Source: Reclinomonas americana ATCC 50394
Taxonomy: Eukaryota
Direction: 5' to 3'
Assembly: GCA_048213135.1 (NCBI GenBank)
Contig: PS015452.1
Location: 71,108 to 109,021, forward strand
DNA length: 37,914 bases
Both the position numbers and the translations under genes were made by a program. Below, piece after piece: positions 1 through 12,088 of this stretch. Each line of letters begins with the position of its first letter. Within the stretch, counting starts at the first letter, position 1. The notes beneath the pieces are model-generated. The model was not told where the DNA came from. It was given only the letters and a program-made list of their open reading frames with translations, and ran no database searches.

Positions 1-229
1 TACTAGTCGGTCCGTTCCCGGTCCGGCCGGACGAAAGGAAAGGAAACCGTAACCCGTCCGTTCCTTTCCCTTCCCGTACGGACGTTCCCTTTTCCCTTCT
101 TTACTTTTCGTTCGTTCGTTCGTTCGTTGTCGTCGTCGTCTCTCCTCCTCCTCCCTCCCTCCTCTCTCTCTCTCTCTCTCTCTCTCCCTTCTCTTTTTCT
201 CCCTCTCCCCCCTCATTGCCGCTGACCAG

Positions 230-1406
230 GTGGAACGCTTCACGGGCTACCCGATGATGTCGATCTATGACTACCACCCACTGACCAGCACCGGGTGGCT
301 GAAAGACGTCTACACGCGGTACCCAGGCCGGCTGCCCAAGGATTTCACCACCGGTCCACGCGACGGTCACCAGCTCTCGTGGATGGTCGTTGCGTCACCA
401 TGCATTCTCCTTTCTTCCCCATTGTGTCTCCCCCGTCTCACCTACTTCCCCCCTTGTACAGACCAATCAGTACCCCTTTGGCGACCGCTCGCTGCGCCGC
501 GTGTTCGCCCCACCCTCCGACTTCTCCTCCGCCGAGGCCGTGATGCAGTACTTTAACGCGTACCCCAAGCGCCTCTATTTCAATGTGCATTTTTCGCCGG
601 GCTCCATCTCGGGCACACCACGCGATGCCGGCTGGAGATATCATCCCTACCTCCCGTACCACGAGTCGCGCGAGGCCGTCGGCATGCACCCCAATATTCT
701 GCGCAAGGCCGACAAGACGATTGAGGATTCGGGACTCGGGGTGCGATATTTTGCGTGCTACATGGCGCGGCCCGACGAGTACACGCAGCCGGAGACCATG
801 GAGCGCGAACTGGAGGTGTCGCCGCGCAGTCCGCGACGCCTCGCACGCTTCTTTAGTCGCGAGATGAAGCGGCGGCGCATCGATACGCTGTTGCTTGTCG
901 TCGACCATCGCCGGGCTCTCTTCCGTCGTCAGCTGGTGGAGCTGCTGGAGGGCATTCGCGTGCGCTGGTTGACCTATGGTGTGTATTTTTGAAGTGTTTT
1001 CTTGGTCCCCCCCTCTTCACAAGAATGTCGCGCTGACCGCATGTGGTGTGGCGTGGCAGGCATGGGCGCACTGCCGAACACTCCCGAGGCGCAGGCCGAT
1101 GAACTCGGCGCGTATCCGTGGGGCCACTACCAGTACGAGCAGAATCCGTTCATTGAGCTGGCCATGTGCGCACGAGCGGACCTGCTGTTCGCCGAGGGTT
1201 CCGACTTTATGTCCACCGACGCCGCCACGCGGTGGGCGCTGGAGATTAGAAGAGCACCTGGCGGCATGGCGGAGGCACTGGACGACTCGGACGATGTGAC
1301 CACGCTGTACGTGGAGCCCCGTCTGGCAAATCTCGACAGTAGTAACGCCGACAGCGACGACGACGCGAGTGGCGGCGTGCAATCGCGACTCGTGTACGAG
1401 TCCTAG
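230..1406 (+). CDS. 5'-partial gene, divergent GT-B fucosyltransferase-like protein (O-FucT/POFUT-like); exons 230-385 or 388, 462-978, 1060-1406
   Basis: GT-AG introns join three open frames in phase. YFACYMARPDEY, DTLLLVVDH and FIELAMCARADLLFA resemble the YxxxHxRxxD, VFVATD and IDxxICxxAxxFIG motifs of O-fucosyltransferases, but are degenerate. The upstream exon lies outside the window. Confidence 0.5.
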
Positions 1407-1532
1407 GTTAACAATGTAGGCCCCTTTGGCTGCATAATAGTGACAAGACGCACACACACAAACGGACAGACTCGGCTTCTTTTCCGTCACTCTGTTTACT
1501 AAATTCAGCCACAGCCTGCAAAACAAAAACCA

Positions 1533-4259
1533 TCACTTTTCTGTGATGCGCATGATTGGGTGCTTTTCAATCGTTTGCACCTCTTGCATGGCCCTGTCGG
1601 ATACACACAAAAAGATGAGGAAGAGATGAGTGTGGTGGGCGGAGAAGACGTGCATACAGAATGGACAAAGGCAACGCAACTTGGCCACATTGAAGCGCAG
1701 CTCGTGGAATTTTTCGAGCGACACCTCAAACGTCTCAATGTCGCCGTTGCTGTGTTGACGGAGGTGAGAACGAAATCATGGATGCAAGCGGTGCACATTC
1801 ACACACCTCAGCGTAATCTTCATCAAAATGAGCGGCTTCATCACACGATACAGAGAGCTGGTGGTGATGGCCACGTCCACTCGCCACTCGACATTGACAA
1901 TTGTCGGCAGCGTCAACACGTTGGCCAGCGCCACATCCACCAGCGCCTCGGCACTGGAGAGAAGGAGTGAGATCGATGGCACAGCAGACGCTCCACTCTC
2001 GCTCTCGCTCACCTCCGTGCATGTGCTTGTGCGAGGAGATCGCGGGGACGTTGTGGCATGTTCAGTTGCTGCAACACCGTCGACAGCACCTCGGGCTTGA
2101 GCTTCAGTCGCACAGCAGCACGCAGAATTTGCCTGTAGCGACAGCGGTGAGATCACAGCGAAACAACCAGACAGCTGAATGCACGCACCACACGGCCGTG
2201 GCAATCAGTGGCCATGGTCCATCGTCGTCGGGAATGTGTGGAACAGCGGCTGACAGCTGTGCCTCCTTCAGCGAGGGGCGGCCGGCAGTGAATTCCTGCA
2301 CGCAGCGGTGTTGGAATAGAGACGAAAAAGCTCAAACAGACAAGAGAATGACTCTCTACTCGCTGACTGAGACACATGACCAACTCACAAGACATGCCTC
2401 TCTCTAGCAAGCTCTCGGCCTCTAACAGCGACGAAGAAGCAGATAAGTCGACTCTTCCTCGCTCTCACTCTCTCCCCTGAATCTGGAAGCATCCAGTACC
2501 ACGAGAGATTACACATGAATCGCCTCCGTCTCTAGCGTGAATCAAAGCGTCATGCACATCAGGCAGGACAGGAACCGACTACAAGACTGACAATCTCCTC
2601 GCTGAAACAAGAGGCATGCTACCAGTACCAGATCGATGACCCACAAAGACGTACACAAAACTGTCCCCTTGCCGAGTCTGCGACGTAAAACATGCATGAC
2701 AGGAGCCAACAAGAACAACCTCCTCTCTGAATGAGAGGAAGCACACAATAGGGCTGCTTATCTCCTCTTGCAGAATCAGGGACATGAAGCTCGCTGCCAC
2801 ATGTATGACTATCTTCTCCCTCAATCAGGAAGTATGCAGATTGATGGCAAGCAGGCGACAGGTGATTCGCGTCACGGTACAAAAGAGTGACAAAGGAGCA
2901 AGACAACATGCTGCAAGGAGTGACTGCAAGACTGGCGATCATTTCTCTGAATGAAAAAGTACGCAGTCACCACCAGAACGATTGAAGCAATGGCCCCAAA
3001 GCGTGACTACAAAGTACGCGACAACTCTTGCGGAATCAGTGACATGAAACTCGTTGCACGCATGCCACGGGTCGACCTTCGCGACAATCTCCTCTCAATC
3101 AGGAAATGGCAAGCAGGCAACACGTGATTCGTGTCACGGAACAGAAGAGTGACAAACAAGCATAACATGCTGCCGTCTCCACATGTATGACAAGGAGTGA
3201 CTGCAAGCTGACTATCTTCTCCCTCAATCAGGGAGCATGCAGATCAATGGCAAGCAGGCAACACGTGATTCGTGTCACGGAGCAGAAGAGTGACAAATAA
3301 GCAGACAACATGCTACCGTTTCCTCACTGCCTCATGCATGACAAGGAGTGACTGCAAGCTGACTATCTTCTCCCTCAGTCAAGAAGCATGCAGATCAATG
3401 GCAAGCAGGCAACACGTGATTCGTGTCGCGGAACAGAAAAGTGACAAAGGAGCAGACAACATGCTACCGTTTCCTCACTGCCTCATGCATGACAAGGAGT
3501 GACTGCAAGCTGACTATCTTCTCCCTCAGTCAAGAAGCATGCAGATTGATGGCAAGCAGGCAACACGAGATTCGTGTCACGGTACAGAAGAGTGACAAAG
3601 GAGCAGACAACATGCTGCCGTTTCCTCACTGCCACTTACATCACAAGGGCTGACTTCCTCGACTACACCAGTCTCTCTGAGTGACCTGTCCCCTCAATCA
3701 CCCGCGGAACAACAATGCAATCTCCCCTTATCCCCCCTTCCCCCCTTACCCCCTTCCCCCCGTCTCCTCCTTCTCCTCCCGCACCCACCTCCTTGGCCAC
3801 CCGCTTGCCCTCCTCATCATGCCACAAGGCCAACGACGCGCGTTCCCTCGCCTCCTCCGCCTCCGCATCCCCACTCGACGACGTCGCCAAGTACTTGACC
3901 GCCCGCGTCACCACTCGCCCAAGCAACGCCTCAGAGAACACACCACCAATCGCACAAAACGCCTTCACCTCTGACGGGGGGGAAAGACAGAGAGTGAAAA
4001 AAAGAGAGCGCGACATTTCCAACACACACACACGCGTATGCACACTCCACGCACACGCAGGTGTCTGCGCAACACAGCGCGCACAGCTGCAAGACAAGAG
4101 CATGCAAGCGAGAAAGAAAGAAAGAAAGAGAGAGGATTTCACACAACACTTCTTTGCTCACTCGTCGTATCATTTGCCTCTCGTTTTCATGCGGTTTACA
4201 TGGCAAAGAAGAGAAAGCTCACCGGAGGGTGTGCGAGGAAACAGCGTGACTGTGTCCAT
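1533..4259 (-). CDS. COMMD5: COMM domain-containing protein 5 (Commander/CCC complex); exons 4259-4223, 3970-3789, 2295-2189, 2132-2013, 1953-1807, 1749-1681, 1593-1533
   Basis: All exon phases match. The C-terminus LPTIVNVEWRVDVAITTSSLYRVMKPLILMKITLSNGDIETFEVSLEKFHELRFNVAK is a COMM domain with the COMMD5-type WRVDVAI(S/T)TS motif. Confidence 0.88.
2540..3650. repeat. 151-bp-period tandem repeat inside COMMD5 intron 2 (2296-3788); near-identical copies at ~3105-3650, decayed copies at ~2540-3100
   Basis: GACTATCTTCTCCCTCA recurs at 2807, 3210, 3361 and 3512 (151-bp spacing for the last three). ORFs at 3272 and 3423 are near-duplicates 151 bp apart. Confidence 0.9.
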
Positions 4260-4339
4260 GTCGCAAGCAAGTGATCGAACTGCGAATGAATTTTCCGCGC
4301 ACTTTTTGTGTTTTCTTTTGTGTGTCAGCAAGCGCGCAA
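4260..4339. promoter_or_regulatory. Putative bidirectional promoter between COMMD5 and the divergent + strand gene
   Basis: Only 80 bp separate the two inferred ATGs (4259 minus, 4340 plus). Contains AATTTTCCGCG at 4289-4299. Confidence 0.55.
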
Positions 4340-7300
4340 ATGATTAGTGGTGGCGCACAAGAGGCACTTGAGGAGCAAGTGCGCCAACGAGCAGCCATTG
4401 TGCGTCTCTCTCTCTCTCACTGTCTGCCTCCTGTGTCTCTCGCACTCTCTCACGTGCATGGGACATTACTGGCTCTCGCTCTTTGTTTGTGTGTTTGTGT
4501 GTGTGTTTAGGCGACACAGATGCGCACGGATGCAGCTGAGGCGCTGCGGTTGTCGCAGTTGCAGAGTGGGTTGTTGGACTCGCAGAGGAAGCTGAGAGCG
4601 GTGGAATCGCGATTGGATACAATGCAGGTAAAGTCGAGTGAGAGAGAGAGAGAGAGTGTGTTTCTCTCTCCTCTCTGTTCTCTTTCTCTCTCTCTTGTGC
4701 CTCTGTGTGTGCGTTCTCTCGTGATTGCCATGCATTCCACTCCGATATCTCGCACTCTGTATCGTTGTTTTCTGCATTGCTTCATGCTTTTCTGTGCGTG
4801 TGTCACAGTCACAGCGATCGCTCTCTCTGTCTTGCGCGTACTCGCACGCTGTTGTCATCGCATCGTTGTTTCGCACTCACTAACCCTCATTCTCGTTGTT
4901 TCCCTCGCTCACTCGTATGTCGCATCGTTGTTTGTGTCACTCATCACTCTCTCTCTCCTCGCACTCTCGTTCGCAAGTACACTCATCATTCATTCGCTCT
5001 CTCTCTCTCACTCTCTGTCATTCATCTCTCTTCTCTTTCTTCTCTCTCTCGCTCATTCTTTGCCTTTGCCCCCTGCAGACCTCCGACGACTCGGGCGCCG
5101 GTGCCGTTCCATCCACACAGCCACCGTTCCTGCGACCATCGACTGTCGCTGATTTGCCGTTGCGTGCCGCGGCATCTTGCATTTCACCGATCTTCTCCCC
5201 CCCTCTCTCTCCCTCCTCCGCACACTCGCACAAGCTCTCGCACAAAGTAACAGCCGCACATTCTCTTCCGATCCAGTCTTCTCTTCTCCTCTCTACCACT
5301 CTCACATTGGCCATGCAGTGCACCGGGCGCTCTCTCGGATCACCTACGCGAGATGGATAAGCGATTACGGCAGTCGGAGTTGCAGGCGCAGCTGGCGGCG
5401 CTTCAGCGAAAACTGGAGGAGCGACACTCGAGGTTTGGTTGTCGGATGTTTTTTTCTTTCTTTCTTCATCTGTGATGTGCATCTCTCACCCACTGATCGC
5501 AGGGGCGGTTCGACGCTGAGTCCCGGCTCGCTGCATCCGGTGGACTCGTTGCACTCACCGCCGGCGTCGCCACCGCAAAACGGTCATGCACCGCAGGCAG
5601 CGGCGGCGCCGTCACAGCCGCTGCCACCGCCCGTGCTGCCGGCGGCGCAGGAGAGCGTGCAGAGCATTGTGCGCAGCGACTTGGCGGAGCAGGTGGACCT
5701 GGCGACCATGACTCCGGAGCAGCGTGACATGCACTTGCAACGACAGCTCATGGTCCATCAACACGAACTGGCACTGGAGCACGAGCGACAGCGGAAACAG
5801 CTGCAGGCTGAGCAGGCCGACCGTGCCCGCAAGTTTGCCGTGGATCCCGTGCAGGAGCAGGCACTGGTATGTGTCGTCTTCGCCTGCAAGCAGCGGTACG
5901 ACCGACGACAGTGCTGATGCATGTTCACGCAGATGCAGCTTCTTGAGCGACGGCAGCAGTCGGAGCAGCAGCAGCTGGTGGACTACATCACAACGCGACA
6001 CCGTCGGCAGGTGAGAAAGAGAGAGGGAAGGAAACAAGCATGGCAGCACGTCTACCCCTTCTCACACTCTTGCGTCCCATAGATCCGTGAAGACGAGATG
6101 CGCCACGAGCTGCAGTCGCGTCAGATGGAGTTGCAGCAGCAGCTGCAGCACAAGGAGAGGGAGTTGGAGCGTGCACGCAGCAAGTATCGCCAGTCGGAGG
6201 ACCTGGTGATCAAGATTCCGTCGCCGCCCGCCGACGAGACGCCGCTCGTCAGTGTGGAAGTACGTGGTCGTCCTCTTGTCTACATTCTCATTCTCTCGAT
6301 GGTGCTTATGCGCGTGCGCGTGTGTGTGTGTCGTGCAGCTACCGGGACTCGGTGGACTCGAGTTGACGCGCGAGGAGTTGTTTGCGGTCATCCACGCACG
6401 ATTGCAACGCAACGGCACGCCAACGCCACGCGTCCTGCAGGCGGTGCAGGCGCGTCTGGGATTTGCCGCCACTCCGCACGCTGCATCTCCGGGTGCGCCG
6501 CCACCACGGCAAAGGTCGTCGGCTGCGCGTGGAGAAGTTGTGTGCACTGTTGTGTGGCTACTCTCTTGTCTCATTGTCACTCACCGATCGTCGCCACGCA
6601 GGAGGTGGAGGTGGAGTTGGATCTGAGCACCGACACTACTGCGTCGCCGGCACCACGAATCACGCAGCGAACGGACCTGTCGTTTAGCAGTTCACGGCGC
6701 TCGCGATCGCCAACACGTCACAATCGAAGTGGTGCGCACCGTACGCTTATCCTGCTTATCGTTGCCTGGGCTTACCTTCGCCTCATTGCTTACACACAGT
6801 ATCGTCTCTCTCGCTGCGCTCTGACTTTTCCGAGGCCGAAGAACGGGCCCGCGAGTTGCGAGAGCGTGTCACTGGAACTGGGTCGCGGAAGGGCCGCTCG
6901 CCAGCGCGACAGCGCATTATGTCGAACACCGTGTCGGTCCGTCCTCTCGGGAATCGTATTGTGCGCTCGCTCATTGCCTCACATCGGTTTCGCGCACCGC
7001 ACAGAGTGAAGCCAAACGCCGGTCACCATCGCCAACAAATGGCGCACAGCGTGCAGTCAGCCCTGTGCCGTTTGAGCGCGAAGTGACCGCAGTGACTGCG
7101 GTGAGTGGCAACCTCCCGCAGTCACACTCTGCGCATCGACTCACTCGCGTCACTCCAGGCCTACTCACCCGTTCCGCACCTCGTGCGCACCGGTAATCGG
7201 GAGACTCTCGACTGGGTCACCAACCTGTGCTCCGGTCGTCACTCGCCCACTGGCCAGGAGGCTACACCGTCCTTTGTTGCGTCTTCAACGCAGTGACACG

Positions 7301-7441
7301 CGCAGTGCGACTCGTCGTCATTTTGTTCCCTCACTCTTTCGGGGGCCACAGATTCTCGACAATTTTTCGCCCAACAAGCCACCCACGCCGAACCGCGCCA
7401 GCACCCCAACCTCCTCACGGCCGACATGGCGCAAGTACTGA
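4340..7441 (+). CDS. Uncharacterised multi-exon coiled-coil / Ser-Pro-rich protein (about 13 exons)
   Basis: Starts MISGGAQEALEEQVRQRAAI and ends RPTWRKY*. A phase-consistent GT-AG chain joins Q/E/R-rich heptad exons (e.g. EMRHELQSRQMELQQQLQHKERELER). No family recognised. Confidence 0.7.
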
Positions 7442-7720
7442 GTTGGGTGTTTTTTGTTGTTTGTCCTCGACGCTGCTTGTCTCCTCCCCGTGCGCGCACG
7501 AGTGCAAAAATGTAGAAGTACCACAAAATAGCTTTTTCACGTCTCTCAAGTACCTGCGCACCGGTTGTTTTTAATTATCTACAATCACAAGACAACACAC
7601 TCGTGGCTTGTCTAAATGCACTGCCGAATGAGGGAGAAGGGAACGGCAGGCACCTCGTAAAGAAGCGAAAGAATGGAAGGGATGGAATGCAAAACAACAA
7701 CTCGTTCCGTCTTGCGATCG

Positions 7721-9558
7721 TCACATCTTGACGGCCGTGGCACCGAAACCACCGGGTGCCGGTCGGTGATTCGCATCGTAGGGTGGTGGTGCTGTGCCAA
7801 ACGGTTGGTTGGAATTGGGTCCGTAGGCACCGTACGCAGGCGCTGCGGGAGGCGCACTCGGCGCCGACGGCTGGAAGCGTGCCATTTCCACATCGCGCTT
7901 GTTGTTGTTGCTGTTGTTGTCCAGCGGGTGCGAACCCGAGTCGTACGCAGGCGACACAACCTCCTCTTCCCTCCGTTTGCGCGCTTTTTCGCTTTCGCCA
8001 CTGCGAGTGCGAAGACAAGGATGAGCCAACTTGCTCCTGTTTCCGCACACACACACTCTCTAACGCACCAGCAGCACGAGATCCAATTGAGAATCAGTGC
8101 AAGCACCATGGGACCGAGGCCAGCGACCTCAATCCACAACGATTTCTTGGCGTCGAACGTTCCCTTGTCGGTGACGGGCGTGGCGCCGTTTGGAAGCTGT
8201 ACATGCGCAAGCGCGAAGCGTGAGTCACCCAACAGGTCAAGATCGTCATGACAGAATGACTGACCAGCGAGTTGACAAACGACGGCACATTGTCGTTGAT
8301 TTGACCCTTGCCCCACACCGCCAGGGCTCCCCACAGCGCCGCTGCATGGCCATGACAATAGACAGAAGGTGAGCATCGTAGATGAAGAGCACACGAGTGC
8401 AGTTGCGTGGAACACACACCAGTGATGAGCGCGTCCAAGAACGACAACATGACGAGCAGCTGCAGCGCAGGGTCAGTATCGATCGGTCATGTGTTGGACA
8501 TGTATCCGCGAACGCAACGCAACATTCACGAGGCACACGACACACTTGTTGCGGCAGTAGTCGGTGAAGATGCCCAAGAGGATGACCAGCGCACAGGCAC
8601 CGGACGAGGCCGCCGCGGCAATCGCCACGTAGCCGACGGCTGTCACACGCCATGTGTCAGCAACAACCAACGTAAGAGTGTGTCAATGGAGAGACCTTGT
8701 GCGACTTTCTTCACCAGGTCGCAGTTGCTGCCAATGTTCTCCTGAATCTTCTTGACAGCTGCGACGACAGCAAGCTGTGAGCACGCAAAACACACAATTT
8801 ACGGCGGACGACTGCCGTGACACGCAACTGCAAATATCAGAGAGCGGTCCATCGTATGCCACCTCAATGTATGTGGTGGTCGGCCCGTTGTTGATGGTCT
8901 CGTTGCGGAAGACTGCCGACAACGAATCGCGTGTCAGATTGCTGTCAGACGAGAAACCACTCGCAAATATAGGCGCACCATTCCACAAGGCCTTCAGCGG
9001 ATCAAGTTGCACATTGAACGTCACCGTCTCAACCACCGTCTGCCCATTGCTTGTTCCCGACGACCGATACGCTGCCAGCAAGAGAGAGTCAACACAAGCG
9101 AATCGGACACGTTTTCGATATCTCTTGTCCGTGCACCGCTCTCTCGCAAGCTCACGTGATGGGCACACAGACGCACACACTGCGTTACACACACACGCGA
9201 CAGAGACTGCGAGGCAGACAAAGGAGATGCGCACAATCGCTGTTTCTCACGAATCATCATTCTCGCTCCCTCTCTCAACTCGTGTCAACCAACCGTACAC
9301 ACTCACTGATCCACTCGCCCAGCTGTCACTCTCACTCTCTCTCCATCGCTTGTCCACTTATTAGCAATCACAACTGTCTCTCAACATAGTCTCACTCTCT
9401 CTCTCTCTTTCTCTCTTTTCACACTCACTTTGCGGTGGATCGACGCCGAACCAGAAACGTGAGAGAATCGCTGCGATGAAGAGCGCACACGAGGCCGCGC
9501 ACAAGAGCGCAGTCACAATGTCGATTGTGCGACGACGAACGCATGGTGTACGACACAT
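7721..9558 (-). CDS. Four-transmembrane claudin/amastin/Sur7-like membrane protein, paralog A
   Basis: TM1 (DIVTALLCAASCALFIAAILSRFWFG) is followed by a large loop with a Cys pair, then three more hydrophobic helices, a CC juxtamembrane motif and a Pro/Tyr-rich tail with PPPY. Eight exons splice in phase. Family is inferred from topology only. Confidence 0.7.
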
Positions 9559-9957
9559 GATGCACAAGCGAGAGAGAGAGAGGCACACACACAGTGTTAT
9601 TAAGAAGAGAGAGAGAGAGAGGTGACGAGTTGCGATCGCTCACTGCTTCTCTTTATGTGCTTTGCGATTTGGTTGGTTGATGCACGAGGTGAACCGCAAT
9701 GCAAAATTATTGTGGTGTGAGAGGATTGTTGGCCTCGAAATCCGGCAATGATCACAACTGCTTTTTCTTTTTCCGGCTGTGCTTTCCCCGCCACCTCATC
9801 ACCACAACCAGACAAGTGCTCGAATCCGCAAGACAGGCACACAAGGAGGAGAGAGAGAAGTTGATTTCGGACATGACCGTTACTTCGTGTTTTATTTTTG
9901 CGGCAAGAGGCGAGAGAATCCCGTCAAGTGCGTATGTGGGAGTTGAGCGGGGCGCCT

Positions 9958-11616
9958 TCATGGATTGTAGGCCGGCGGTGGTGGCAGATAGGTCTGCTGC
10001 TGGTACTGCTGCTGTGGTGGTGGTTGTGGTGGGCAACAACAACAGTAAGTGACCGCCCGATCGCGACTTCTTCGTCGACGACGGGCTCGATATCGATGGC
10101 ATCATCGTGACGCACCGACTGCACGTGCGCCGCGCCATTGTATCCGTTCACCGACACCGCATGCTGGTGCTTCTCCAGACGACTACCCGTACCCGTCGCT
10201 ATCGTCGACGAGGTCGTCTTGACCATGCGGCGTCGTTCCTCGGCCGTCGCGGCAGCATGTCGGCGCCTGTGCGCACCAAAGAGTTTTTCCGATCACTCAC
10301 ATGCATCGTTTGCACTCATCAACACACACAAGGCAGTACGTAACCAGCAGCAGCCGACAAAGTCGAGAATGAGTGTGGCCAGCATGCAGGCGGCCGCCAC
10401 CAGCACTAACCAGTACGCTCGCCGGGCGTCAAAGTCGCCGCGAGCGTCGGTCGGCTGCGACAACGGTGGCAACTGCACGGTGCGCGCGACAGTGTCAGAA
10501 ACGGTGCAGGGCGTGGGCGACAGTTGCCTTGTACTCACCGTCGAGTTGATAAAGTTGGCCGTGTTGTCGTTCAGCTGTCGTCCACCGTACGCAGCTGCCG
10601 CACCCCACACCACGGCCTGCGAGACATCTTTGTCAGCACCACTCTTTCTCTAGATCTCTACCATCACCCCTCTGCAGCACTCACCGTGGATCCAATGCAC
10701 AGGAAGGCCGTCAGCACAGTGAGACTGTTGAACAGCGTGCACAACGGGGTGCCGCAGTCCTTCGTCGCCGCGCCAATGATCAGCACAACGACCGAGATGC
10801 CGGCCAGCACGGTGCCGGCAATGGCGAGAACAGCGGTCGCTGCATCACACACACATGTGAGAGGAGCAGCCCCTGTTGAGGAGAGTGTGTGTGGGGCAAC
10901 GCACCAACTCCGAGATCCCGCACTCGGTTGCATTCATTGTCGCCGCCGACCAGGTCTTTGATTTGCGACACCGCTGCCCCCGTGCCCCTCCCACTGTCAG
11001 AATCAAACACAGAAGAGTGCGGTGGGGAAGGAAGCGCAACGCAACAGCACATGTTGTTGACGGCGCTGTCGGGACCACAAACCCAAGCGAGTCAGTGCTC
11101 CTCACACATGCAAGCATGTCGGCGGCAATACTTACCCGTCGTAGGCGATCAGTTGTGTTGTCGTCACTTGCACTCCGGCTATCGTTGTCCGACGAGCCAC
11201 TGTGCAGAGAAAAAACACACAAATCAGCAGCCCCACCCCACTGTTGCAACTGTGGCGTGCACTCGACCATTCCAGCGCGTCTTCAGCGGCTGTGCCGAGA
11301 TGTCAATCTGTGTGCAAGCACAAGTTGGTTCGAATTCGGTTTCTTCACAGCTTGTAGCAATCGTAACAATGTAATCGTGGACCGTCGCCGGTCCACCGTT
11401 GACGTTGATGGCTGCGAAGAGAGAACGACAAGTCAACCAACATGCAATGGGAGGAATAGCGGATTGGAGGAATTCGAGATCGGAGAATCTTTTTCCTCCC
11501 TCTCGCGCTCAACTTTGCGTGTCGCCGAACCAGTCGCCGATCGCCAGTGCAGCTATCATCAGCGTGCACGCCGCCAGGGCGAAGAAGGTCGCCACCGTGT
11601 ACAGTCGAGACCGCAT
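9958..11616 (-). CDS. Four-transmembrane claudin/amastin/Sur7-like membrane protein, paralog B
   Basis: Same architecture as paralog A, with shared motifs (WFG, PLKxxWN, AYDG, WGAxAxxGxxQxNDN, GxFDA, CC) and several shared intron positions. Predicted end is QQYQQQTYLPPPPAYNP*; the last intron is less certain. Confidence 0.68.
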
Positions 11617-12088
11617 GGCGGAAGGAGTTCGCAGCTGCGGTGACGGTGAATCAATGTCGGAGTGACTCGGCGGCCACAAAATATCAGGAAGTTGGGGCGG
11701 CACTTGAAACACAACAAGTGCGGCGCCGCTGCAAGAGAGGAGTACGAGTAGCGCGTGCGAGGGTGGTGCCTACGAAGAGAGTGGAGACGCACGTTCAGGC
11801 GCAGAAGACACACACAGGCAGGCAGGCAGAGTCTTTCTGCTCCGCACACAAGTGGAAATTGTGAAGTGTCACAAAAAATGTCCACCTGTCCACACAGATA
11901 TCCTCCGGGTAGATTCACTGTTTTTCCTTGCGAAACTATGCACACATTACACGAAGCAGCAACAGCTGGCATAGCAAACGGGCGCGTGGTACCACGAGGC
12001 ACAAGGACCGCAACACACACCAGCACATGGCTCCACATACACACTCCCTCCCTCTCTCTCACTTCCCACCCCCAAAAAAAGAGTTGCT

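Noticed and set aside
1-135. Stuttering sequence with small palindromes (GTCCGGCCGGAC) and TCGT repeats
   Set aside because: Looks like low-quality contig-end or intronic low-complexity sequence; no element boundaries.
3105-3650. Repeat array as CRISPR, or duplicated ORFs 3272-3502 and 3423-3653 as genes
   Set aside because: Whole units repeat with no unique spacers, the context is a eukaryotic intron, and the ORFs are by-products of the repeat.
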